The translations under genes and the position numbers were made by a program. 64,000 nucleotides of DNA from positions 7,634,066-7,698,065 of the forward strand of contig NW_002060943.1 in NCBI RefSeq assembly GCF_000150275.1. Reading direction: 5' to 3'. Source of the DNA: Trichoplax adhaerens. Taxonomy: Eukaryota; Animalia; Placozoa. Each line of letters begins with the position of its first letter. Position 1 is the stretch's first letter. Below are positions 15,101-30,607 of the stretch, piece after piece. A model generated the notes under the pieces. The model was not told where the DNA came from. It worked only from the letters and a program-made list of their open reading frames with translations, and searched no databases.

Positions 15101-17715
15101 TCAATAAGTTAACACCAATAAAGTAAGACTCGCTAGTTAAAACCGCATAATCTGTATGAGCAATATGATAGTAAATCCCCATGCCAAGCATTGTTGCACC
15201 TACAACCTATTAGGTAAAAATAGGGTAAATATATGATTAGTCGGTATTTTTCATATCATAAAACAAAAGCCTAATTTTAATTTTTAGAAACATTAGCAAG
15301 AGATCTTTGCAATAAATTCTAAATCATCGATTTACAGACATTTTACTGCTATTAATGTCAATTTACAATTAATTAGATGTGCAATAGTAGTAACAGAAAA
15401 GTTATACCGCATTTTTCCGGGGCATATTGTAAGTTGAAGACACTTAGTCCCCATGCTAGTCCTTAAATAAAATATACCGTGATGGATGAAATTATACGGT
15501 AAAAAAAAATAGCAATCGTCGTTTCCTAACATAATTCGCAAGGATCAGAACGTTCAAACTACTAGAAAGAATTTAATTTTGATACTGGTCATATTGGTCT
15601 ATTAAAAATTAATTGATAACTAGTTTAATGAAAATCACTATAATTGATTTCGAGCAGCAGTAAGAGCATACATAGAAATAAAATTCGACTTTGCTATTGG
15701 TCTGAAGTGGCTTAGATATATATTCATCCAAGATGATTTAAGATATTTTAGCCGCCATTTTTATAAATTTACTTCTGAGTTATTGAAATATAATGATAGC
15801 GTAATACAGTTAAAATTACAAGGCTGAAATTCTGCAGCGAAGAAATGACCAATATAAAAAAGAATATGTTGTTATCATGACCTTAAGCAATTATGTCTAT
15901 TACGTGTAACGTGTTGCGGTTGTAAACTCGTTGTAAAAGTTCGTCTTTATGTTACTATATCGACTACACGGCAAACACGCTATTAAAAATATGTTTTATC
16001 AAACAATCATTCTTTAAAATTTTGTCAACTAAATGTAATTCTTTCTTTATAACCATAAGATGATTAAAGCTGCAACCATAGAAATAGTTACAGTTATACT
16101 CTAAAATGAAAGTTATCGGTGTGATTAAAGCTGTATATAAATTGCTATATTGTGTATAGTAAATATTGTTTCTGCACCATGCAGCTAACGACTATGAGTT
16201 AAACATAAATTCCGTATCAATAATAAGGATGAGCATCTGCTGTTTAATTAATCCGCCTGAAATAGAAGTAAATGACTCATTACACTATTATACTATCATA
16301 AATTGACATAACGAGACTTTAGTGAGGTGGTCATTCACAATTATGGATCGTAACGGTAACCTTTTTATGATAATCTTTTATGCTAATTTTTACAAAGTGA
16401 AAATTTAGGGAGAGAGGCAAGTGTGTGTCTATGAAAGGAAAAATTTGCCTTTATTTCCCTATAAGGACTTATAGCTTATTGTATTCGACACAGGATTCGA
16501 TCATCTTATGTGATACTTCAAGCTAATCAAATGAAATAATTGAAATTTAACTAAAAATTGGCTAGTTTGTGTAGGGATTCCTTTACTCTTTTATGTCTAT
16601 TTCTAATACTTAGCTTTCAGACCTTCTTAGCTAGAAAGGATACATGGTATTGTACAACTAAAGCAGCATGATATTAGACACGTCTTTGAATATTAACTTA
16701 TCTTTACCGGCAATTAGGGCAATAACTATCAGCTCTTATCTAAGATGAGACATTGATGAACTGTTTTGTGTCAAAGTGAATCTAAGTTGATGCTTGTAGT
16801 AAAATTAAGTTTTTCTAGCCAGTCGGCATTTTACTATAGCTATTTATTAAATATTAGTAGACATCCAAGTTTTAATTTAATCCTGCACTATTCATTTTTT
16901 GTAATAATATTGTACTAAAGTTTGCCTGCAAGGTTTATTCAGTAGAATATATCTCGAAATAGAAAGTCCAGATTGTAGTGCGGTTTCACATACTGGCTAT
17001 AATAATTTCATATTCTAAAGAAATATACTTTAAAATAAAATTGATTTATAATGTGAACAGAATATTTAAGATCGACTTGATTAATTCAGTATGCTACTTT
17101 TCATGACCATAATTAGTAAAAAATTAGTCCAGCAAACACCTATTATAAGCTATTCCAGAAAATTAACGATGATTGATGAAACTAGTTCACGTTACTGTTT
17201 AAAATATAATCTATTTATATCTGTATAGGGCTGATTGATTCTATTTTGGGAATGAATCGTGCAAAGCGGATATATCGTCTGCAATCAAATCATTTAGTGT
17301 AACACAGGCTATTTTAACGGTTTTCCGTTAAATTGTGAAGAATGTCGACAATTAGAATTAGTTATAATAATAAGGCCAATAATCGATACTGCGGTCTGTA
17401 AAAATGATTATCCACATATGGGCAATTTGATAACGTACTATAGAATTTCTAACGTTTAAAAATTTCATTTATCAGTGATAAAACAAGATTATAAAACATA
17501 AAATGGTGATTTTCATACGGAATATTATCCCGTTTGATATTAGATTAGACAATAAAATACAACTTAGTCATGAAAATTTCTCTATCAGATTAGCTATAAT
17601 TGATATCTTCTGAAACATCTAGAATGCTACTTACCCATAGGACTATGTTGAAAAAAAACATAAAGTATTGGGCAAAGACAACTCCTCTATCTTCGAAATT
17701 GGAATATTTGGCCAT
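12147..17715 (-). CDS. Tetraspanin A (CD63/CD151/TSPAN4-like, 6-Cys large extracellular loop)
   Basis: Exons 17715-17635 (MAKYSNFEDRGVVFAQYFMFFFNIVLW), 15206-15018 (..AGFLGCFSALCDN..), 14721-14647 (LEIGTAIYGY), 14490-14392, 13953-13750 (RKCCG..VPDSCC..C), 13424-13341 (GCYP..), 12245-12147 (..QGYGPLPLKRDPYDY*). Four TM segments; all introns phase 0. Confidence 0.93.
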
Positions 17716-19740
17716 GTCTAAAGTTATCCTTAGTCTTCAAGTAATTTAGAAATTTCTATCGCGTTATTAATAAGATAAAAGGCTAAAGGGATATAATCGA
17801 TTAGCTTGAAGCAGTTTCCCCCTTGAGATTTCCTCTATCGATGGCTAACGAAAAAATATGTTCAGCTAGACGCTAACTCATCCCAGTAAAAATCAAGCTT
17901 ATGCGAATTTTATACATAGCTGAAAGCTGATTGGTTAATATATCAATAAGATTTTTGATTGGTGAAGCCTAACGTATCCTCATGAAAATGACATATGTTT
18001 CAATTACCAATATTGAGCATTTTTATGAGATCACATAACTAGTCATATCATGACGAGGGAAAAGGTTATTTTATAACGATATTTTTTGCACAAGATAATT
18101 GTTAGTAAAATTCTTCTATTTTATTTGCTATAATAAATTTACAGCTTATTAAAATTTTAGATAATTAAATAATACAATTTTTTGTATCTAATTTATCGGC
18201 TAGCCATTGATTTTTTATCCTGGCCATCGTTTGTAATAAATCATATGTATCAGTTCGTGAATGGCAAGGTCTTGCCTTGCTTTCAACTTTTTAATACTTA
18301 GCGCTTAAATCAATGCTGACGTTTCTATAACTATCATGCCATATGCCATATTGTTATAATGACAATCGCACTAATTATGCAGATGAGTAATAGATAGTAC
18401 TCTATAGGTATTAAATAAGCATTTTTTAACGATGATGACAAATTAATTGCAATTGTTGTTATGGTATTTGAATATTAACCACGTGCTAATTGTATTCTAT
18501 TCAGTCGGCGTCATTCTAATAAGGTGACGACCCAATGGAAGCATTATTAATCCGTTCAAATCAAAAGGTTTTTTGCTTAATTTGATGTAAAAGCTGGGGC
18601 ATCAGCTATAGCAAATGCTAGATTATCTGTAACAGTCGGTAAAATCTGCAACCGAAATGGAATACTGATAGAGTAGAGGCCCACACGCGATACACTATAT
18701 ATTTACAAGTTCTACATTTACTGCAATAATATATGCCATAACACTTAAATGATAATAGACTAAAACATTCTTAAATTTTATTAAATTTAATTCAGAATTA
18801 ATAGCATAATATATGATATTTAGAACTAAGAATGATTCGATGTAGCATTTATTATTGAAATTTTATGATGTCAGATTAGCAATAGCATCGCAGAAATTTG
18901 TGATAAAAGTATCATTGGAAACCAATTAGATGATGTGTCATGCAAGATAATTTTATGCGCTGTATTGGGAGTAGTAAAACTATTTATAGCTAACACAGCA
19001 ATGAAACAATTTAATTTTAGTATTTGAACTGATTAACTCTTCAGTGATTTTAATATTGAAGTAAAATACTAAAATTGCAAAGTTTACAATTCAATGATTC
19101 GCACCTGCGTTTGCTGTAAATAGATACACGGCCTACGATTAGGTATCAATAATGTAGACATTCAAAAGTAAAGTTGAAGTATATAAAATTTCATAATTAT
19201 ACCAACGGAATGAACTATTTCGAGTGATCATGTATTATAGCGTAACAATTAGATTTTTGCAGTCATATATTCTCTTTATATAGTTAAGAAGTAACTGCAT
19301 TATTGCATGCATAGTTATATACTAATATCGCTGCTCTACTGTACCTTATTATACGAGTATACTACAGTTTAATAGTATACTGTATCAAGTATGGCACGTT
19401 GCTAGAACTTACTACTTAATATAGAAATAATATAGAGCTTACTCATATGATAGCTGTCATACATCTATATGTGTATTATATTACAGTATGTCTCTTTCTG
19501 ATACAGTACGAGCTACATTGTTACTTTCTACAATATACTCGTATTATTCGTGCTACTATTCCACATCTATACTTTATACTGTAACTTTAAAAATATATAA
19601 GCAGAGCTGCTTAACATTTTGGAAATTCAAATAAAGATATCTAGTTGTCCTTTTATTGTACTCAATAGAAGTTAGCAGCTGCTTCAGAGTGCTTTCCCTT
19701 CATTTATAACCCAAGGATGAGTAACATTTATCTGATACCA

Positions 19741-20190
19741 AAACATATTATTTAATTTCTTGAAGGACACAATGTATGTATGTAGATTAGCTAAGTAAAT
19801 CAATGCTATCATCGTCTAGGTACAGTATATTGTATCATGTTTGTAATCTATCGTGGCCGATCTTGCTGCTGTTCTTAACACATTTACCACGGCGTAAAAC
19901 TGATGGAAACACTTAGATATAATGTTTAGTGTTGCGTAAGATGCCGTATGTATGCGTTAGTTCAACATTTTCAATATTTTATTTTTCAGTTATATTCTAA
20001 TTATACGCTAATTCTATTCTCAATCGATCGAGATCTCTTGTACTTTGTGTTACTGTATTTATAATCAGTCTAGTGTTTTTCTTTATTGAATCGGAAGACG
20101 TAAACATAATATTCAGTATTACTTAGGATAATTAGAATGTGTGTGATTTGGCTAATTAATCAATGCTATCGTCTCTAAACATATCAAATA
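19741..20190. repeat. Degenerate ~90-bp dispersed duplication (about 19741-19830 and 20102-20190)
   Basis: aaacatattatt..gattagctaagtaaatcaatgctatcatcgtcta aligns with aaacataatatt..gatttggctaattaatcaatgctatcgtctcta. Confidence 0.55.
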
Positions 20191-20377
20191 TCAATTATTA
20201 CATAATTATTTATGTTATTGCGCGGCATACTATAAGCGAGTGCATATCACTGCACTATATTTTATATATAATGCTTGTGATTTTCATACTGCCATTGTTT
20301 GTATGCCTATCGATCTTAGCATTAGTAGAGGTAAAATTGTAAATAAACTAGTAACTAACCTATGGCATACGCGTACG

Positions 20378-20513
20378 AGTAATATGCACATAGAAGCACT
20401 AAAGATTTGAAGTTACCCCTTTTATCGCTAAAGGATATTGTACGTAATAATATACACATAGAAGCACTGAAGATTTGAAGTTACCTCTTCTATCGCTAAA
20501 GGATATTTTACGT
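20378..20513. repeat. 68-bp tandem duplication (2 copies)
   Basis: cacatagaagcactaaagatttgaagttaccccttttatcgctaaaggatattgtacgt (from 20387) and cacatagaagcactgaagatttgaagttacctcttctatcgctaaaggatattttacgt (from 20455). Confidence 0.9.
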
Positions 20514-20544
20514 TGTTGCTATACGAATAGTATGAGCGCTAAAC

Positions 20545-20780
20545 ATACTGTATAGCATGAACACTGAACAGTACAGTACAGTCGATTTTTCTATAGTACT
20601 GTGCTACTGATACTGTACACTGTACACTGTACAGTACACTCTACTGTACAGTATAGTACAGTACAGTACACTGTACAGTACAGTACACTGGACACTCTAC
20701 AGTACACAGTGCACAATTCTAAGGTACTGTACACTGTACAGTACCTTAGATTTCTAGGCTACTACTGATACTACAGTGTG
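20545..20780. repeat. Self-complementary low-complexity (CAGTA/TACTG/ACTGTAC) array containing a perfect inverted repeat with 16-bp arms
   Basis: Mixed cagta, tactg and actgtac units in both orientations. tctaaggtactgtaca-c-tgtacagtaccttaga at 20718-20750 is a perfect inverted repeat. Confidence 0.85.
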
Positions 20781-21015
20781 ACGGTATGGTAGGATATCGC
20801 ATACGTTCTCGTATGCAGTAGCTAAGCTACCGCATACGGATCGCAGCAGCTGCAGTGTCGCAACTCGTGGTGCTCAACTTATATACCAGCAGAAAATTAG
20901 CAATCTTGTGATGATACATTCTGCTCACACGTGTTACTAATTGGTTATAAATATCAATTTATAATCCGTCCAACTCCATTTTTCCAACTCATCAATATAC
21001 AATTGCTGCTACAGC

Positions 21016-24560
<3,545 letters not shown>

Positions 24561-24765
24561 TTTTTGGATTATCAATTTATTGCATACATTGTTACATTCA
24601 TGATTCTATCAGTTCCCGTTACTTGCTTAATTTTTGTTTGAATGTAATATAAATGTCATACTCTGCAAAACGCTATTTTTTGTCTGGTGTAATATTTAGT
24701 AGTACAGTATTTGTATTTTAGGTCCGTGTTATTGTACTGAACTTTAGGAAATTGTCGCCTTTGCT

Positions 24766-24771
24766 AATAAA
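24766..24771 (+). terminator. Putative polyadenylation signal of PRMT1
   Basis: AATAAA ~205 nt after the stop codon, followed by GT/T-rich sequence (gcatgtgtcttctcttg). In AT-rich DNA this can occur by chance. Confidence 0.4.
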
Positions 24772-25073
24772 GCATGTGTCTTCTCTTGACTTACGAATAT
24801 TATGAGTCTATTGCCGCACTTTGATTACGCTGATAGTTAATTATAAGAATTACTAAATATTAGAACTGAAATTGTTATTCCATTGGTCAACTGTACGTAG
24901 TATAATTAAAGAAACGGTTTTCTGTTAACCTAATTTCTAATCCAAATCTATAATCACGGAATCATTTAGTGACGATTTTATTTTCTATTACGGACGCCCT
25001 CAATAAATGTCTGGAACGAAAAATGGGGACACCGCAATAAAAATCTTTTTAGTCAATAGAAGCAGTCTTCACT

Positions 25074-28000
25074 TTAAAGAATCATACGCAATTCGTGACT
25101 TTTCAAATGTACTATACTTCGCAAGCTCTGATTTCGGTTAGATAATTTAAGTAACATCGGATAAGTTGATTCGTTTTCGCCCTGAGCAAACTCAAGTCCC
25201 TTTCTAAAAAATATATAATAAAGTCTAATTAAAGGTGTCTCGTTATGATTTAAGAAAACATTTGTTCGAGTTATATTTCCCAGTCTAGATGTACGTATAG
25301 GAGTGAGTAATCTTAGTTAGGTACTCACTTAGCGTATACACTTTTTTGTTAACCTAATTCCTGGATTTGAGCTGTAAAACTTGTCTAACCAAGGTTTCAG
25401 TCTATCAGAGATGAAAATTTGATTAGCATCTTAAATTTTGAATTACTATCAAGAATTAAAATTTTGCTGATAGATATGAACAACTATAAATCTTGATAGT
25501 CCTATTGTTTCGATTTACCTTTCCTTTTGACCTTAACTGAAAGCAACCCATAACTTCATTTAAAACCCTATCCACATTTACGATTTTTATTCGTTTACTG
25601 AAATTTAAAGTCATGAGATTTAGGCTTTTATCTTTTATTCGAAGCTTTTATGTTAATTAACTATTTTTTTATATACGTGTTGCATACTCTCTTCCTCTAA
25701 ATGGAGAAGCCACCAGCCCCTTTTTATCCAATCTCTTCAAAACTTGCCTAGTGACAGACATGTTAGCACCTAAAATCATGCCGCAACATATATCGATTAT
25801 ATTAAAATTGGTAAACAATGCCACAGAATTTGCGTATATACGTAATAAGCTAATCACAAAATTATGTTTTATCTCACACAAAATACGCCTAAACACAGTT
25901 TAAAATGCATGAAAGATTTAATTTAAATAAAAATTCGTACTAAGAAAACGACAAATGTATATCACCTAGCCTGCTCGCAAGCCCAGCGCAAGTAATGTAG
26001 GGATATTCGTAAATAGCAATTAAACTTCTACGCCAAAGACAAGTTAGCTGCAATTTTGAAAGTAAAATTATACTATCTATAAAAAATATTGGCTGTTAAA
26101 CTTTACTATTAATTTAATCGGTGTTTAGAGTATACTAATGACTTGTAAAATCTTTGGAGTCAAATTTTTCAATGATGTATCAGTTGACGGTGTTGCATTA
26201 TCCTATAAAACAATATAATATGAGTCCAAGTTTTATTATACGAGTAAATTATCAGTTGCTTTTTTCTGAAAGAAATCATGATTGATTGTGCTATACTATC
26301 TGATTGCAGCAAATTTTATCACCAATTTTAACTATTTAAGACGAATATAAATTTTGTTTTAGCTTACTAAGCAACATCTTATGCAAAAGTGTTTTCGAGG
26401 AACGTCTCGCGTACTGCATATCTTATAGCAAAGAGTATGCTGCCAGGTATTACAACTATCGCACATTATCATCAATCCATCATTCTATAATAAAGTAAAT
26501 ATGGATACACTTATCAGCGTTTATACGAATTATATTACTCTATTCTGTTCATAAAAATATCATCATCTTCGAGTTCTTATATTTTATAATGATATATACG
26601 AGTATACGTGTATACCGCAGTAAGAATATGAAATCTAAGAATGAATCATTGTAGCTATGAATTAACAATAGTAATATTTATTTAAAGATAATATGTCTAT
26701 GTGTTACCACATTGCATCCACAGGAACAGCGTATTAAATCTTTATTATTTTTCTTCTCACTTTCAAATATACCTGGTTCTGAATTATAATTATGCAATGC
26801 GCGTAAATAAAAACTTAAAGCATAATTTTAGGAAATCTTGGAAAAAGCTTAAAATAAATAATGCTCGACCTAAACCATCAATGGTAGCGTCAGAATCATC
26901 CTGTGTTAAGCTGGCTGAGGATAGGCATGAGGCTTCTTTCTCGATTTTTATCTATAAATCAAACAGTAAGCTTCAACTGGAGAAATTTTTAGAAAAGAAT
27001 GATATAACGGAGCAATAACCTTCGGTTGATTGCTTGTTGTCATGTAACGCTTTCGTTTGACGCTATTTTTTTGCAAAGATGCAATTTCTTTATGAAGTTG
27101 ATGGCAGGAACTTTGCATTCTCATCTTAACCCTAAAAGTATTTAGTTTATTACAAGTTTCTTTATAGATTTATAAAATGATCAATTATCAACGTTAAAGA
27201 TGAAGAAATAGCTCAACACTTACGATAGAAAATCCTATTATTCATCGAATGCGTGTGTAAAGGCGCCCATATATATATAAGATTATAACATAAAATTGAG
27301 AAATTATGTAAAATATAAAGTATTAATTTACGGCGATAGGTACAGAATTGATAACTTTAGTTAATTTTATTCACCACAATTGCTGAGATTATTATTATAT
27401 TTTATTTAGTAATAACAATAATACTCCTCATACCGTCTTTGTTAACGACTACCGATTTTAGGGATATTAACTTAATTAAATACAGTAGCAAGCTGTTCTA
27501 AGTTATTTAATTCCAACCTAGAAAAAGTATCGTATATGCTAGCTAAAATTAAATTTTCAACTTTGATTTTGCTGTAATCATAGAAATAGATAACTAAACC
27601 ATCTAATAAAGAAGATTCCCACTTTAATTGCAAAATGTTACGTTTTTACTCTTCATTACCGAAGTAACGGCTCCAATATTGAAAGAGGTTTGTTCGCTTT
27701 CAGTAAGTAGACAAGTATACAATTCTGATGGTAGATATTTAAAACCTTTTGGTTCATAGTCAGGCGGGGTAGCTGCATGGTCATCGTATTGTCAATGAAA
27801 TCCTCATATTTTTACTCATAAACTATTAAAGTATTGATAAATTTAAAATCTACAATATTGCTTAGGTATTCACCCTCATCGTAGTATAGCATTCTTACGG
27901 TAATACTGATATCATCTAGAGCGTTGTTTTAAAAAAAAGTTACAAATAAATTATCTTTTTTAAGCTTAATTATCATATTTCGATTAATAAAACACATTTA

Positions 28001-30607
28001 ATGCTAGAATATGCAAATATTACCTGGTAGTGGTTCTAAAATAGTACCTAATACGACTATTTTATTTAAAAAAATAATCACTGCAGACTCAATATCGTTT
28101 GCCGCCATACAATCCGCTGGATAGCTAATTCTATTAAAGTAATTCAAAACACATATACGGTACAGGTATTAATCAATTGGATTCAAGCTGTCACAGAACT
28201 AACTAACGAAGGTTTACTTCGTTGTTTAAATTAGTTGTAAATATTTCAGTACATTTTTGCCATAATAAATGCAATGTTGCTATTATATTTATTTTAAATT
28301 TTAAATTATTCTGCTGTTATTTAAGCTTTAACTACAAGAGCGACATTTTTAATCGAACTCACGTAAGTATATCCATCGAGCTAAGGCCAGTCATATTATA
28401 ATGCACTTTAATTGTGTAAGTCTCCATTACAGACTGTATTCCGATAGATAAATGGGATTACAACGAATACATTGTTGTTATTCATAGAGAAATGAATTGA
28501 ATTGCTTACATTTGTATCGTTGTTACTTGAATGAAACTGCAAAAGCGAGAATTAAAATTTGTATCAAATCTTCTATTGAAATCCTATAACTTTCAAATTT
28601 GATTTCATGAAGTAATTGATATTGGCTATTGGTATATCTTACACCGAGCATCATTTCCCTAAGCTGAATTAGTAAAGAATAAAAACTACTGATTAATAAT
28701 TATAACCAAAAATTCACTGTAGCAATTTACTTTATTATAAATCACGTACATATTTACGTTCTAAAGCTTCGAAACATGCTTTCATCCTGTAAAATTAAAA
28801 GATTACTTTACGTTGAGTGCATGATACAATAATGTAATCATATCAACTGTGAAAATATAATGGTAAATATTTATTAAGACAGTAAAGAAAGCAGTTTTTT
28901 ATAAGCTTGAGTTGGATAGAATTAAAACTTTTTCGATTCCTTAATAGTCGAAATATAATTATCGACGATCATAAAAGCTGTATTATAATTCACTGGTAAA
29001 ATATAGCATAATTGCAATCTTACCAAATTATTAAATCACTCACAACGGGGCTTGAATTATTACTATTCAATACTTTTAAGCATAGCCCTTGATGGTATAT
29101 AAAATTATACAAAAAAAACTAATATCAACATTGGCAACTAATAATTATTACAAAGAGAGTACTTTATGGTCTCATTGTCAAAAATTTTATTGCCAAAAAA
29201 TACGAAAGTTTTATGCTTTACGTGTAAATAATTACTGTATTAAAATATTACATTATGTGGGAAGATTATCACACAGTCATTTTATGTGATCTACCTAAGT
29301 AGACTACTAGAATAGACTAACAAAGGCAAGTCAGTTAATTTTATTCATGTCTAGAGCTGCTAATACCTCCAAGGCGTCGCTCAGTAAAATCTTCTTCTGG
29401 AAGCCTGGTCCTAGGATGATAACAGATTCATAAGATCAAATACCGATACGTAAATATGATACTCGTTCATGTTAACTTAACAAAAAGGCTATATTGGGTT
29501 GTATCACCAGTGTACCAATTATAATTTTACTGTTCTATTTGTTCTCAGAGTAAGTACCGTGCAGTAGGCAAAATGAAACAATTAACTATCGTCATAAAAA
29601 CTGGTATGGATACCTGAGATACAAAATATTTGAGATCTGCATATCCGGGTCCCAAAGATTACGTTTTATGATATAGAAGAAAAGTAATGCAGCAAGTAAA
29701 GTTCATTTATAATTGATACTTATTAGCAATACTCATGTTACCAAATATTAATCTCCAATTTTTAATATAGCAATTTTAGATCGCTACCAGTACATAACAT
29801 CATGTAAAAAGAGATTTATACTTGTATTCATTAATGACATTTGAAATTAATTCCAGGATGATAAACTTACTGCAAAGGCAATCATTTTTTTCATGTTTAG
29901 AATACAATCTTTTTCTAAAATTCATAAAATAATACAATTTTCTTCCTTGATTAAAATTGCTACTAACAACATGCAAGAATTAGGATACTTTACACTGCGG
30001 CTGCTTCAATAGAGAAGCAAGGCCTTCTGATTACGTTAATAAGTAGATTGGACAAACTTACCTGATGTCATCGAAGGCTCTTCATCTGACTTTGCCTAAA
30101 AGAATAGAGATAATTTACAGCCTAATCATTTAAGAAATCGCAAAAATTATATTACTACCTTTAACCAAATTATGACCACTCATTTGCTTCAATTTATCGT
30201 TACACAAGTATGAAAATTTTAGAAAAAGTTAGCATATTTCTGATTGCTGTCAACGATGACATTATTAGATAAATTTTAAAGAATAGTTATATCAATATGT
30301 GCAGGTATAATATCGGTATTCATAAGAATATCAGGCAATAATGGTCATCAACGAAATCGACCATAGCTGTAGTAACGGATAAATAATCGGGTGCCTCACA
30401 ACCCGTTAAGCTTATATAGCACCATCAACTAACTCTCTGAACCTAGCCGCAAAATTAAGAAGATAAATCTGACGGAAAAATAGTAAAAGTATACCAATTC
30501 GTATCTATTTCGTCATCCTACATACAGACTATGATATCATAGCATAGTAACATCCTACTAACATTATCACCAATGAATTTTGAGTCGGTTCCCATCATGG
30601 CTGCCAT
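25074..30607 (-). CDS. HORMAD1: Meiotic HORMA-domain protein (HORMAD1/2, Hop1, ASY1 family) with PHD finger and winged helix; both ends uncertain
   Basis: In-frame exons: 30095-30062; 29914-29871 (EKDCILNMKKMIAFA); 29636-29614 (ISNILYLR); 29410-29367 (TRLPEEDFTERRLG); 29087-29024 (GLCLKVL..LIIW); 28786-28750 (MKACFEALERKY); 28663-28643 (LREMMLG); 28536-28510; 28433-28363 (METYTIKVHY); 28130-28024 (LNKIVVLGTILEPLP); 27915-27874 (DISITVRMLYYDE); 27772-27659 (TPPDYEPKGFK); 27234-27224; 27131-27020; 26951-~26876; 26778-26708 and 26484-26368 (PHD); 26202-~26143; 26047-25966 and 25769-~25688 (wHTH). LEPLP..MLYYDE.TPPDYEPKGF is the HORMAD/Hop1 signature. The start may be ATG 30607 or 30071. The stop lies somewhere between ~25074 and ~25330. 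Confidence 0.88.

Noticed and set aside
20378-20780. Repeats as a CRISPR-like array
   Set aside because: No constant repeat with unique spacers, no cas genes, and the context is eukaryotic.
26701-27018. 105-aa plus-strand ORF
   Set aside because: Antisense to HORMAD exons, GTG start, no recognisable motif.
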